43,761 bases of DNA from Chiloscyllium plagiosum (GCF_004010195.1 NC_057720.1:6841366-6885126); one strand, 5' to 3'. Shown: positions 24,842 through 37,269, numbered from the stretch's first letter. Translations and numbers: made by a program. Notes: a model not told the origin generated them from the sequence alone.

Positions 24842-25131
24842 GGCCGGCACGGTGGTTCAGTGGTTAGCACTGCTGCCTCACAGTGCCAGGGACCCGGGTT
24901 TGATTCCTGCCTCAGTGTGGAGTTTGCACATTCTCCCTGTGTCTGTGTGGGTTTCCTCCCACAATCCAAAGATGTGTAGATTGGACCATGTTAAATCGCC
25001 CATAATGTTAGGTGGATTAGTCAGGGGTAAATGTAGGGGAATGGGGCTGGTTGGGTTACTCTTCAGAGGGTCGGTGTGGACTTGTTAGGCCAAAGGGCCT
25101 GTTTCCATACTGTAAGGAATCTAATCTAATC
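24842..25131 (+). mobile_element. HE1-type V-SINE
   Basis: Head, V-domain, (aatct)n tail. Confidence 0.9.
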
Positions 25132-25203
25132 AAGGTTATGTTTACATGAATTGAAGCACTAGGAAGGTCCAATAACTTCAGCAGAAAGACCTTGAATAAT
25201 GGT

Positions 25204-25422
25204 TGTAGTGATTGGAACCAGGTGGACCTTGTTAACTATGAGGTACCTGATTGGGGTTTTTAACCTGAACCAATAAGGAAAGTCCTGGCTGACCAAAATT
25301 AACAGGAGATTTAGGATACCCCTAGTTCAAGATGACTGACTCCGAGCTGACTGGTCACAGTCTGCGCTGTGCGTGAAAGGGTGACTTGGTGACGGGATAC
25401 CAACCTCTGTGCTGTTATTTCA
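25204..25422 (+). mobile_element. Solo LTR, 219 bp
   Basis: TG..CA ends (tgtagtgattgg..ttatttca), 5-bp flanks atggt / gtggt, two further copies in the window. Confidence 0.78.
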
Positions 25423-26187
25423 GTGGTCTATTCACAAATGGATTAAAGTGTCATTAGATTTAGCACGACATGAAGGAAATCTGTTTTTCGGGGCATAACC
25501 CCCGCTACCGTTTCCAGTTACTACCATGGACAATATAACTTCATAAATATTAAAAGTCACAGAGTACAGTTATAGGAGAGTGCCAGATTTCAAGCAATAA
25601 TGCAGAAGCGCCCTAGGCACTGAATTGTAACACACATTGAACAGAGTTTAACCATCTGTGTTGATCAGCTATTTGGATTATAGTCAGACATCCAATTATA
25701 CACCGGGCCAAAGAGAAGGCATTAAATTGGGACAGGGTTTGTTTTTATTCCCAGCAGACAGTTTTGCTTGGATTGTATTTTCTATGCTCCACTTGACTTT
25801 ATAGCATTGTTTGCCTCTCTCTTAAGTCTCATTTTCAACTCTGCATTTCTACCCATTCGAGCATCTCCAGCTTTTATTTTACCTTCGTTATTTCTTACGA
25901 CAAAATGTTTAGGTTGAAAATGTGGCGCTTCTTTGATAAAATCCCAACTGCTATTCCTATTACCCCTCCCCCAACCATTGCTCAAACACTGTCCTTCCCC
26001 ACAGTGAATCCCCATTTTCTCAATCTTGTTAAAAGTGTTTGTTTTTTTAACCTTTGTTACAAATTCGGGTGTTGCAAATTCAAATATTGGAATTCAATTA
26101 AAATAACTGGAATACATTGCTCATCTAATGGTGTTTTTGCCCATCATTTCAGCATTGGATCTCCAAATTTGGATCATGACATGATGA

Positions 26188-26396
26188 GCAGAAAATGTGT
26201 TGCTGGAAAAGCGCAGCAGGTCAGGCAGCATCCAAGGAGCAGGAGAATCGACGTTTCGGGCATGAGCCATTCTTCAGGAGGGCTCATGCCCGAAACGTCG
26301 ATTCTCCTGCTCCTTGGATGCTGCCTGACCTGCTGCGTTTTTCCAGCAATACATTTTCAGCTCTGATCTCCAGCATCTGCAGTCCTCACTTTCCCC
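26188..26396. mobile_element. PLE-derived palindromic element, family A
   Basis: Perfect 14-bp TSD tcatgacatgatga (26174-26187, 26397-26410); inverted arms plus right-hand tail. Confidence 0.92.
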
Positions 26397-26425
26397 TCAT
26401 GACATGATGACATTCTCCCAGCATT

Positions 26426-26645
26426 GGGGAGGCATGGTGGCTCAGTGGTTAGCACTGCTGCCCCACAGCACCAGGGACCTGAGTTCAATTCCAGCCTCAG
26501 GTGACTGTCTGTGCACAGTTTGCACATTCTCCCCATGTCTATGTGGGTTTTCTCCAGGTGCTCCAGTTTCCTTCCATAAGTACAAAGCTGTGTACGTTAG
26601 GTAGATTGGCTGTACTAAATTGCCCCATAGTGTGCTAGATGGTTA
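26426..26645 (+). mobile_element. HE1-type V-SINE, 3' truncated
   Basis: Head plus V-domain. Confidence 0.85.
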
Positions 26646-26649
26646 AAGT

Positions 26650-28310
26650 GTGACAATCCTCCACATGACTTGCCAATTTTTATACTCAATTCCCTGACCA
26701 ATAAAGGCAATTCTTCTTTGCCACCTTAACCATTGATGCTGCCACTTTGAGGGAGCTATGGATTTGCATCTCAAGATCCCTCTGTATATCAATGCACTTG
26801 ATCATTCCACCACCTGCTGCGTACTTGCTTCCTGAATGTGACCTCCTAAAATACATCAACTCCCACTTGTCCAGATTAATCTCCTTCAACTGTTTCTCTG
26901 CCCAACTTTCTTTCTGATCTTAATCTTGCTGTATTCTTTGGCGACCTTCCTCTCTATCCACAACTCCACCAATTTTCACAGTTAAAATTCACACAACAGC
27001 AGGTTATAGTTCAACGGGTTAATTCAGAAGCACTAGCTTTTGGAGTGCTGCTCCTAACCACCTGGTGAAGGAGCAGCGCTCCAAAAGCTAGTGCTTCCAA
27101 ATAAACCTGTTGGGCTATAACCTGCTGTTATGTGATTTTTAACTTTGTCCACTCCAGTCCAACACCGGCATCTACAAACCATGACCAATTTTCATGTCAT
27201 CTACAAACTTACTGATCCAGACCTCTTACATTTTCATCAAAATCCTTTGTATATATTTATGTCACAAATAAAAGAGGTCTCAATGCTGATCCTTCAGAAT
27301 GCTACTCACAGACCTCCAGTCAGAGAAACACCTTTCCAGGTCTATCAGCTGTCTTCTGTAATCAAGACAATGTTGTATCCAACCTACTGTGGATCCCCAG
27401 TGATGTTATTTTCTGGACCAGCCTCCCATTAGGGACCTAGTCAAATGCTTTAGTAAAGTCCATGGAAATAATTGTGAGGCAAGACCTCCCTGCATAAAGC
27501 CAAGTTAACTATCGATAATAGATCCATTTCTTCACAGATTCAAGTGTCCTTAAGTACCAACAATTTTCCTACCATTAATGTAAAGGTCACTAGTCCATAA
27601 TTTACTGACTTTCCCTGTTGCCTTCCTTAAACAAGCGAACAACATTAGCTATCCTCCAGTCTTCTGCGACCTCATCCATGGTGAAAGTAGATACAAAGAT
27701 CTCAGTCGAGGTCCTATCATTTTCCTCACTTTCCTACCTCAATTTCCTGGGATGGATCCCATCAGGCTCAGGGATGTATTTGCCTTAATGTTTTGCAAAC
27801 CATCCAACAGCTCTTCCTTCTTAAGTTGGACATGCCCCAAAAGATCAACATACCCCTCCCTAACCTTAGCATCATCCATGACTTTTTCCTTGGTGAATTC
27901 TGATATGAAGTACTTATTAAGGACCTCACCCACTTCCTCTGGCTCCATTCATAAATTCCTGTCTTTGTCTTTGAGTGGACCTACCCTTTCCCTAGCTACC
28001 CTCTTCTTCCATTCATGTACATATAAAATGCCTTGGGATTCTTCTTTATCCTAATTGCCAAGGATATTCCATAGCCCACTTTAGTCTTCCTCATTCCTTA
28101 TTGAAGTTCTTTCCTGGTTCCTGTATATTCCTCAACAGCCTTGTCTTTTTTTTTCAGTTTCCTCAGGCTCATATATACTTCCTTTTCCTTTTGACCAACC
28201 TTTCAATATCTCTTGTCATCCAGGATTCCTGAATCTTGCCATCCTTATCTTTCATCCTCATAGGAACATGTTGATCCTAAACTCTGAACAACTGGCTTTT
28301 AAAAGACTCC
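26650..28310 (-). mobile_element. Long degenerate CR1/HER1 ORF2 fragment
   Basis: EEVGEVLNKYFISEFTKE linker motif, F.DD.KIG region near 27190, IQRDLEMQIHSSLK. Confidence 0.85.
26980..27183. mobile_element. PLE-derived palindromic element, family B, inserted in CR1 RT
   Basis: Perfect 11-bp TSD accaattttca (26968-26978, 27184-27194). Confidence 0.9.
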
Positions 28311-28329
28311 CGTGAATAAAGTTGCCATT

Positions 28330-28510
28330 GTCCCACTCTCTCATCAGAGAGAGACAACTGGTAGCAGGTTTGATCTGAGGGTGGCTCAGCTGAAAGGAAA
28401 GGGTGAGAAGGTGTGTCCTTTGTGGTAATCTCAGCTGGTGCAGGAATTCAACCCATGCTGTTGGTATCACACTATTTCAGAAATCAGGCATCTAGCCAAC
28501 AGAGCTAACC
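28330..28510 (-). mobile_element. tRNA-derived SINE, family 3 (related head near 20935-21020 on plus strand)
   Basis: Reverse ggttagctctgttggct..ccaacagcatgggttgaattcc. Confidence 0.6.
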
Positions 28511-28544
28511 AGAACTGACCCTTGTGTTTTGGATCTTTGGAGTT

Positions 28545-28739
28545 AGTGACCCAGGGACTATGAGGTCTTAGTATGAGTTCCCTGAAGAAAGCCCAGGCTG
28601 ACAGATATAGGCAGGAGTGTCAGAGGTTCTGTTCACTCTGACAGCTGGTCTGAGGGAGTTGGATCAGAGTCAAGGACTCTCCATTTGTAAATAAAGGGGG
28701 ACTTGGTGACAGGATGCCAGCCTCTGTGAAGTTGTGTCA
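28545..28739 (+). mobile_element. Degenerate solo LTR, same family as 25204
   Basis: tatgagttccctga..aataaagggggacttggtgacaggatgccagcctctgtg..tca. Confidence 0.65.
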
Positions 28740-29269
28740 TGAATCTTTGGAATTACTTAATCCAGAGATTTGCGGATCATTGGGATTATTATCTCAGGGA
28801 GTTGTGAATGCTCTCCCACTGAGAATATCCAAGACTGAAAAAGACAAATTACTGGTGTCTCAATGGTTCAAAGGAGATGCGGGGACAGTGAGAAAGTGCA
28901 CAAGATAAGCTAACAGACATCCCACTGAAGGCGAAGCAAGCTTGAGGGACCATATGGTCTACTCCTGCTCCTTGCTATAATCCAGTGTTGGTTATATGCT
29001 CTCATTGTCACTATCCAGGCACTTCCTACATGAAACATTCAGGATTTTCCCTGACTGCATGGGAACCAAACAGTAGCCTCAGCAATTTCCCATTGTAAAT
29101 CATTACAAAGTTGACAAACCCAAGCCTGTTCTAGTGACGCTTGCAAACAGCTTGTCTTCAACAGGAAGTCTAGGTTGAGCCTAACAATAGCGTTTGCTCC
29201 AGATTTCAATGCCAATCATGCACAGAAGTCCAGCATTACAGGATTAATATTCCTCTGGCCCAGGTTAAT

Positions 29270-29515
29270 ACTGTGGAGGCATGGATTCAAATCTCACTAC
29301 GGCATCTGGTGGAATTTAATTTCAATTAATAAATCTATTGTAAAACTCTACCTGATTCACTGTAGTTCTTTTAGGGAAAGACATCTGCCATCTTTACCCG
29401 ATCCGGCCTATGTGTGAGTCCAGACCCACAGCAATGTGATTGTCTTTTGACTTCCCTCTGGAAGTTTCAACGAGCTTACTCATTTCAATGGACAACAAAT
29501 TATGGCCTTGCCAAC
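29270..29515 (+). mobile_element. SINE family 2, diverged
   Basis: ttagggaaagacatctgccatc..ccagacccacagcaatgtg. Confidence 0.75.
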
Positions 29516-30139
29516 CATTCTTAGGTTTAAGAAAAATTGTTTAACTAACATTTAGTGCACATGGAAAAGAAAATTCACTAGCTGATTAAATCTTTACTCT
29601 GCACTCAATTCCAGCACGCCTGTTTTATATGATAGTTCAATTCAAAACCTTATTAACATAAGCTAGACTTTTATTGGTCTGGGCTGTGCAGCGTCAACTC
29701 TTAAATCGGACTAATCACAGGAGAATAACAAATGAAGCCAGAGCTATAAAATCAGAACAGATAGAGTTATATATAGGTGTTAGATTTTACTGTGGGACAG
29801 GTGTCTAAAGATTACTTCAACAAAACGTTTGTGAGTCAGTTTTTTTTTGCTCGTAATAAAACCACATTAAACCTTCCAATATCCGCAATTGTCTCCTCGT
29901 TTAGCTAAATCAAACCACGGTGCTCATCATTTACTTTTACTGTCCAGTTCAGTGAATGATTCAGCTACTCAATGACCTCAGTAGAAACAGGGAAAATGAT
30001 GGTTCCATGTGGACTAGGGACATATTAAGGCTTAAAGCCTCCCAACCCTGGTCTACATTTCTTTATAATTTTAGCTGGTTGGAACTGGGCAGCAGCAATG
30101 ATGAGTCTCTGAGAATGGTTTCCCACAGTCAAAGCAGTA

Positions 30140-30995
30140 AGTAATCTCATGTCCTTTAGGGAAGGAAATTTGCCATCTTTACCCACTCTGGCCTGCATGT
30201 GACTCCAGATCCACAGCAATCTTTGCCCTCGGATGGAATGGATCTCCAAGAAGATCGCGCATGTCGATACAGACATTAAGTTTCTACAGCGATGCAAGAG
30301 AACAGATAAGATCCTAAAAGGACGACAGATCATGAACCTACTCAAGTCAACCTATAACGCTGAGAGACTCTTCCATAGTACCTCTTGCACACTCCTCAAC
30401 CATCTCGTGCACCAGCTCTACATCAGACACTACAACCTTCAAATCGAGATAGAGTCCATATTCTCAGCTTACGCTCAGGACACTATTCTGTTCTGACACC
30501 GTCATTTTGATAACTTGTTATTATCTCTCTACCTTAATTAATTTGTACAGGTTTGGATTATGTGTGCCCTTGTCATGTGACTCTTATCAGCCATTTGATT
30601 TGTCTCTATCTTAATTTTGATATTTTTTCATAATTTTCTCTCTGCCTTAATTAATCGGTTCACATGTCATCCCTTTATTTGTTATTTAGCTGCCAACACC
30701 CCACTCACACCATTTGGATATCTTTTGACACTCTTAATTGCTTGGAATTATCTTGCAATTATCTCTCTGCCTATAAGTTCTGTGCCTGTGTGCTTGTCCT
30801 GACGAAGGGTTAACGTTCTGAAAGCTTGTGGTTTCAAATAATCCTGTTGGACTATAACCTGGTGTCATGTGACTTCTGACTTTTGTCCACCCCAGTCCAA
30901 CACCAGCACTTCCACGTCATGCCTGCCCTCTCATGATTAGCGATGGACATTAATTGTTAGCCTAACCTGGGACGGCAACATCCCATGAAAAAATA
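30140..30995 (+). mobile_element. SINE family 2, split by a Penelope insertion
   Basis: Core at 30140-30230 and tail at 30930-30995. Confidence 0.7.
30231..30921 (+). mobile_element. Internally deleted Penelope-like retroelement (N-terminal ORF remnant plus family B 3' end)
   Basis: ORF 30233-30496 KKIAHVDTDIKFLQRCK..ILKG..STY..NHLVHQLY resembles vertebrate PLE N-termini; CTGACGA..GAAAGCTT at 30799-30827; tgccctc repeated at both ends. Confidence 0.75.
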
Positions 30996-31054
30996 AAAGC
31001 CATTTCTGAGCAACATGATTTTGGTGGCACTCTGAAGATTTTCCCCATCATAAA

Positions 31055-31602
31055 ACATAGAACATAGAACAATACAGCGCAGAACAGGCCCTTCGGTCCT
31101 TGATGTTGCGCCAACCTGTGAACTATTCTCAGCTCGTCCCCCTACACTATCCCAAAATCATCCATGTGCTTATCTAGGATTTGTTTAAATCTCCCTAATG
31201 TGGCTGACTTGACTACATTAGCAGGTAAGGCATTCCACGCCCTTACCACTCTCTGCGTAAAGAACTTGCCTCTGACATCTGTCTTAAATCTATCACCCCT
31301 CAATTTGTAGTTGTGCCCTCTCATACAAGCTGACGTCATCATCCTAGGAAAGTCTTTCTCTGTCTATCCTATCTAATCCTCTGATCAGCTTGTATGTCTC
31401 TATCAAATCCCCCCTTAGCCTTCTTCTTTCCAATGAGAACAGACCCAAGTCTCTCAGCCTTTCCTCATAAGACCTTCCCTCCAGACCAGGCAACATCCTG
31501 GTAAATCTCCTCTGCACCATTTCCAATGCTTCCACATCCTTTCTGTAATGGGGCGACCAGAACTGTACACAATATTCCAAGTATGGCCGCACTTTTGTAT
31601 AG
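31055..31602 (-). mobile_element. Well-preserved CR1/HER1 LINE 3' end
   Basis: [35 protein letters not shown] and FFTQRVVRAWNALP; (ttctatg)n tail. Confidence 0.95.
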
Positions 31603-31769
31603 TTAATGCTCAGGTTATCCACAACTTCTGATACCCAGCTGGCAGGAAATAATTCATGCCTCCACAGACTCACTATTTAGAATTCTGATCATTAATCAGG
31701 CAGTTGGTGCTTTTAAACACCAAAATCAACAACAATAATTTGTGCATATCCAATGCCTTTAATTATCCA

Positions 31770-32080
31770 CAGGTATTTCACTTGAGTATGTCAAAGGAGG
31801 CTTCTTGCTGAGTCGCAGCAGGAAATACAAGGCGGGGTGATCAAAAGATTGGTCAAAGAGTTGGGAGAGTTTTTTGAGAGATAGAAAGTCAGCCATGTTG
31901 ATGGAAAGGTCATAGATTAGGTTCCAAGCAGCTGAAGGTGCAACCACCAGTGAATGAGCAATGCAAGCCAGGGTCTGCCAAAGGCCAGGATAGGGGAAGT
32001 TCAAAGATTTTGGAGGGTTTTGAAGTTGTTAAGAGTTACAGTGATTCAGAGATACAAGGCCATAGAAAGGAGTTTCCAAA
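31770..32080 (-). mobile_element. L2-like LINE 3' remnant
   Basis: tgatcaaaagattggtcaaagag..gttttttgag..gttcca; similar remnants at 1030-1135 and 39360-39860. Confidence 0.5.
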
Positions 32081-32409
32081 CAAGGACAGGGAATAGGGAC
32101 TGGCCAGGTGAAAATCACAAGGTGCTAGCTCAGTCAGGCAACATAACTAGTTTTAATATTAACCATGACTGAGCTGGAACTTCATCAGGGTCTCTCCTGA
32201 CCAGACTGATTGCTGTGAAGACAGAGCTGTCCTCTGAGGACACTACTGATGTATTTGCCATAGCTTTTAGCAAGTGAGAGGTGATCACACTAAAGAATAT
32301 GGAATTCTTACAAGACTCAAATCAGAAGATGCAAGAAAGCTGTTTCCCTGGTTGATTCATGTAGAATCAAAGAACACAGTCTCAGAATAAAGAATAAGCC
32401 ATTTTCGTA

Positions 32410-32660
32410 GATTCATACAGCACAGAAAAGGCCCTTCAGCCCATCGAATCTGCATCAACAATACCTGCGCTCCATCTGCCTCAGACTGTTGGGAGGACTG
32501 TTGTACAATCCCAGCAAGGTCATCGCCCCTTTTTTTATTTCTAAGCTCCATCCAGATAGTCTCATTTGAAAACCCTTTGAAGATGTCCTCCCAGTGATGG
32601 TTTGTTTTATCAATAATGCAACGCGGATTTCACTTCCATCTCTCAGTTCCCCCTCCCCCC
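32410..32660 (-). mobile_element. CR1 endonuclease-domain fragment joined to a 3' tail
   Basis: VALLIK..ELRNKK..TLLGLYNSPPNS. Confidence 0.7.
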
Positions 32661-32927
32661 ACACCTGGGAAATATGTGGGGAAACTCCGGAACCTGGGAC
32701 TGCTCTCCTTTCAGTAGAAGCTATTAAAGGGGAATGTCATTGAAGTGTCATTGAATGTCATTGAAATGTCATGACATAATTATTTCACAGGGATAGGAGC
32801 AAGAGTAAATTACGTGGTCCGTTGAACTTGCAGAGTCATTCGACACAATCATGGTTGATTTTGAGTTTCAACTCCACGTTCCTGCCTGCTCCCCATGCCC
32901 CATAACAGATTGACAAATCTGTCTATT

Positions 32928-33072
32928 AGTCTAGATTAGAGTGGTGCTGGAAAAGCACAGCAGGTCAGGCAGCATCCGAGGAGCAGGAGAATCTGCCTGA
33001 CCTGCTGTACTTTTCCAGTACCACTCTGATCTAGACTCTGGTTTCCAGCATCTGCCGTCTTCACTTTTGCCT
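32928..33072. mobile_element. PLE-derived palindromic element, family A, ribozyme core absent
   Basis: TSD aaatctgtctatt (32915-32927) / aaatttgtctatt (33073-33085). Confidence 0.88.
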
Positions 33073-33278
33073 AAATTTGTCTATTTTATCTAGTTTTGAT
33101 TCAACGAAGAAAAATAATTGTCATTTGGTACAGAATTTAAGTATTACTGAAAAAAATACAAAGCCTTTTGTCTTTCACTCATCAGGACAATTTGCAGGAA
33201 ACCAATTCAAGAAGAAACCAACATTTATTCTTATGAGAGAAAGTTGCTGATGGGTTCACAAGTATATTCTGATTGGTA

Positions 33279-33482
33279 TGATGTGAAGGTGCCAATGTTG
33301 GATTGGGGTGGACAAAGTTAAAAATCACACAATACCAGGTTATAGTCCAATAGGTTTATTTGGAAGCACTGGCTTTCAGAGTGCTGCTCTGTCATCAGTT
33401 ACCTAATGAAGGAACAGCACTATGAAAGCTAGTGCTTCCAAATAAACCTGTTGGAATATAACCTGGTTTTGTGTGACTTTTA
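33279..33482. mobile_element. PLE-derived palindromic element, family B
   Basis: TSD attctgattggta (33266-33278) / attttgattggta (33483-33495); axis near 33400. Confidence 0.88.
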
Positions 33483-33569
33483 ATTTTGATTGGTAGAAGC
33501 ATTGACCTGGAGAGTTAGTGACGGTTAGTAAGGTTTGTTTAATGTTTAAACCTGGCAGGTTTAGGCTCA

Positions 33570-34050
33570 TAGACTCATAGTCATAGAGATGTACAGACCC
33601 TTCGGTCCAAATCGTGCATGTCAACCAGATACCCTAAATTAATATAGTCTCATTTGCCAGTGTTTAGCCCATATCCTCCAAACCCTTCCTATTCATATAC
33701 CCATGCAGATGTCTTTTAAATATTGTAATTGTACCAGACTCCACCACTTCCTCTGACAGCTCATTCCATACACATACCACCCTCTGCATGAAGAAATTGA
33801 CCCTTAGGTCCCTTTTAAATCTTTCCTCTCTCACATTAAACCTGTGCCCTCTAGTTTTGGACTCCCCTATTCTGGAGAAAAGACTTTGTTTATTCACCCT
33901 ATCCATGCCTCTCATGATTTTATAAACCTCTATAAGGTCATACCTCAGCCTCTAACACTCCAGGCAAAGTAGCCCCAGCCTATTCAGCCTCTCCCTATCC
34001 ATGAAACCCTCCAACCCGAGTAGCTTCCTTGTGATTTTTTTTCTGAACCC
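33570..34050 (-). mobile_element. CR1/HER1 LINE 3' end
   Basis: MRGMDRVN..TRGHRF..FFMQRVVCVWNEL. Confidence 0.9.
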
Positions 34051-34844
34051 TTGCACTGCTGAATTTCGCCAGCAATTTCTGTTGTAGTTTCATTCGGGTG
34101 TACTCGTTGAGTGAGAACCGACTTGGATTCCCAGCATTGTTACCAGCAATTGAACTTTGACCATTCTACACCAGCAAGCATTTTGTATACCTGTGGAATC
34201 CACAATGTTCAGGCAAAGATGTATTACTGCCAACAAGTTACAGTACACAGGTCAGGCCTGAACGTAGTCTGCATATCCAGCCGGATTCGCAGTAGCCAGA
34301 GGGCACTGAGCATGAGAATAAACCATCAGAAATATGGAAAGCGCAGGTGAACTCTTATAATCTATAGAACAGATTAAATCTCTAATGATATCCATTATCT
34401 TCCTGTCTCATCACTTTTAATTAGATAGCATTGCTCAAATTTATTTTACATGATAGAATAATTATTCATTAGCACCATCATTTTATCATTTTGAGTTCCT
34501 TTTTCCTCAGATACTGGAATGAAGAGATGTCTATGTGATGTAACCTTTGTTTTCTCCATGGAGAACAATTCCAAAACATTGATGTATTGTTTTCCCCTCA
34601 GGTGTTGCTGACAACATTCACAAAAGTGGCTCGCTATACCTTTACACTAGTTCAAGCATTCCTCTAGCCACATTATTGAATACCTTCAGAAGTGGCCTGC
34701 ATGTCACATAGTGCTGTTTCAACTTAACCCAGTCCCTCAGGAATCTCCAGCAGTAATGAGGTCTCCTGCGACGTGGAAATGGACAGGAGTCTTAATAACG
34801 TTCTTTGACCGTGTGACCGGTACCTTCTACTTTCTTCTTATAAA

Positions 34845-35725
34845 CCCATTGGAATTTAGGGGAATGAGGGAAATCTTATAAAAACATACAAAATTAAGAA
34901 GGGAACGCATAAGACAGAAACAGGGAGGTTGTTTCCACTGGTGGGTGAAACTAGAACTAGGGGAGCCTCAACATAAGAGTGGGGGAGGGGGAGCAAATTT
35001 AGGACTGAGTTGAGGAGGAACTTCTTCACCCAAAAGGTTGTGAATCTGTGGAACTCCCCGCCCAGTGAAACAGCTGAGGCTACTTCGCTGAATGTTTTTA
35101 AGGCAAAGTTAGATAGAGTTTTGGGCAGTAAAGGTTATGGTGAAAGGGCGGGTATGAAAAGATCAACCATGATCTTATTGAATGGCACAGCAGGCTCGAC
35201 GGGCCAAATGGCCTCCTCCTGCTCCTGGTTCTAAAGTTCTTCCATTTTCTTCTCCACGTTCAAAATCATGTCTCTCCGCCTAAGGATGGCACACATTTTC
35301 AAGTCAACATTCTCATTTAAACAACTCTCAAGTACAGAAGAGTAACCCATACACTTCCTTGATCTCCAAAAGAACTGGAGCACAGGAGGTTGAGAGGTGA
35401 CCTTTCCCCAGGGTGGAGGATTTCAAGGCCAGAGGACATTTGTTTTTTAAGGTTGAGAGGAGAAAACTTTTATAAAGATATGAGGAGCAATTTTTTTTTT
35501 CACAGTGAGTGGTTTGTGTGTGGAATGGACTTTCAAAGCAAGTGGTGGTTGTGGTTACACTGATAACATTTAAAAGACACTTGGATATGTTCATGAATAA
35601 GAAAGGTTTGGGGGGGCTATGGGCCAAGGGCAAACAGGTGGGACTAGTTTAGTTTGGGATTATGGCCGGTATGGAGTAGTAGGGTTGAAGATTATTTTTC
35701 CGTACTGTATGACGCTATGATTCCA
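34845..35725 (+). mobile_element. Two CR1/HER1 3' fragments (about 34845-35240 and 35385-35725)
   Basis: RRNFFTQKVVNLWNS; second copy has tttcacagtgagtggtttgtgtgtggaatg. Confidence 0.85.
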
Positions 35726-36039
35726 GTAATCATAGAAATCTCTGTTTTGTGGAAGTGCAGCTTGTAGTCAGGCAACCTTCAGATCTGTAACACAATGGTT
35801 GGATTTGCAATTATCAGTCTTTGCACAAAGATGTATTAGCCCAGGCAAAGATTTCATTTTTAGTCAGTACACGTGGATATATTCGCGCCTTGTGGAGATT
35901 AATATAACAATCTCACCTTTTCAAAGCTGTTGCTAAACGCAGGACTAATGCCATGGTTTCTGATTGTATATTGCCACAAATTCATGGGTGAGTGCAAATT
36001 CCGTACAGTCAATGTGGATAAAAACCACATAAAAGTAAA

Positions 36040-36230
36040 AAAAAACTGCGGACGTTGGACACGTGAAGCAAACAAAAACAGAAATTGCTGGAGAAACTCA
36101 ACAGGACTGGCAGCATCTGTGAAGGGAGAAACAGAGTTAATTTTTCAAGTCCAGTAACCTTCCAGTAACATTAACTCTGTTTTTGCTGCATTGATGCTGC
36201 GTTTCTCGAGCAATTTCTGTTCCTGTTTGC
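36040..36230. mobile_element. PLE-derived palindromic element, family C
   Basis: acagaaattgctggagaaac / gtttctcgagcaatttctgt and acagagttaa / ttaactctgt inverted pairs. Confidence 0.75.
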
Positions 36231-36366
36231 TCAGAAACCAGGTCATCCTTTTTGTGACATTTGCCAGCATTTGTGTGCCTTCAAGTTCCACTAGAATCCA
36301 TGATTTTCCTCACTGTGTGGATGTGGAGCTTCTTAAAGATGATGAGAACAGCAGGGAGCAGAGTAA

Positions 36367-36655
36367 GGGCCACGGTGGCTCAATGGTTAGCACTGCTGCC
36401 TCACAACACCAGGGACCTGGGTTCAATTCCCACCTCGGGTGACTGTCTGTGTGGAGTTTGTACGTTCTCCCTGTGTCCGTGTGGATTTCCTCCGGGTGGT
36501 CTGGTTTCTTCCCGCAATCCAAAGATGTGCAGGTTAGGTGAATTGGCCATGCTAAATTGCCCGTAGTGCACAGAGATGTGTGGGTTAGGCGTGTTATTCG
36601 GGAGGATCTTGGGAGGATTGGCCAAAACGGCCTGTTTCCATACTATAGGGATTTG
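36367..36655 (+). mobile_element. HE1-type V-SINE
   Basis: Head, V-domain, tail. Confidence 0.9.
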
Positions 36656-36856
36656 ATGATTAATGGGGGGGGGGGGGAACAGGATCTCATCAATGTGTCA
36701 GACCCTGCATCCACTGAGGCCAAGTCCTCAAACAGTAAAATTGATGAAAACAGAATGAAGGGAGGGGAGGCATTTCCCCCTCCAAGTAGCCACCTCACAG
36801 GCTTATTGCAATACATAAAGAGACCATTCATCTTATCTGCCCTGGCTTTCCAAGTA

Positions 36857-37067
36857 CATGTTGTTCTGCTATAATGCACATTTAGTTAATGTGAATTTGT
36901 TGTAATACATTTGACGAACTGGGGACACTGTTTGTAAAGCATGAACTTTTAAAATGTGTGTTGGCTGTAACACAATTGCATCACCAACACTTTAAACGCC
37001 GTTTCTAAAGCGTGATTTTTCTATAATGCAGGGGAATGCAACCATCTCGTAATAGAAGAACGAACTG
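36857..37067. mobile_element. MITE, Tc1/mariner-pogo type, copy 1
   Basis: TA on both sides; imperfect TIRs catgttgttctgctataat / taatagaagaacgaactg; homologous to 41293-41506. Confidence 0.75.
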
Positions 37068-37269
37068 TAACTAATTCACCTCCTCATGATCATGAATTCA
37101 TTTTTACTTTTTGGATAACACTCAAAATCCTTTCTGAATGCTATGATTGAAAATGGAATGCCCTCCAGTTTACTCTCAGACAGCTGGTGTAGTACCAATA
37201 TCAATGCAGCATTAAAACATAGACTCAGGTTAATCTTCTGCAGACATGCTTCAAATGAACAGCAAGAGA

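Larger units (their letters stand above)
24685..25430 (-). mobile_element. L1/Tx1-like LINE 3' end carrying a nested HE1 SINE and a solo LTR
   Basis: Minus strand ends atgaataaagtatattttt plus an A tail; the sequence resumes around the inserts. Confidence 0.5.

Noticed and set aside
34602..34711. Acceptor ttttcccctcag followed by a 36-codon open frame to a stop
   Set aside because: No recognisable peptide and no supported upstream exons
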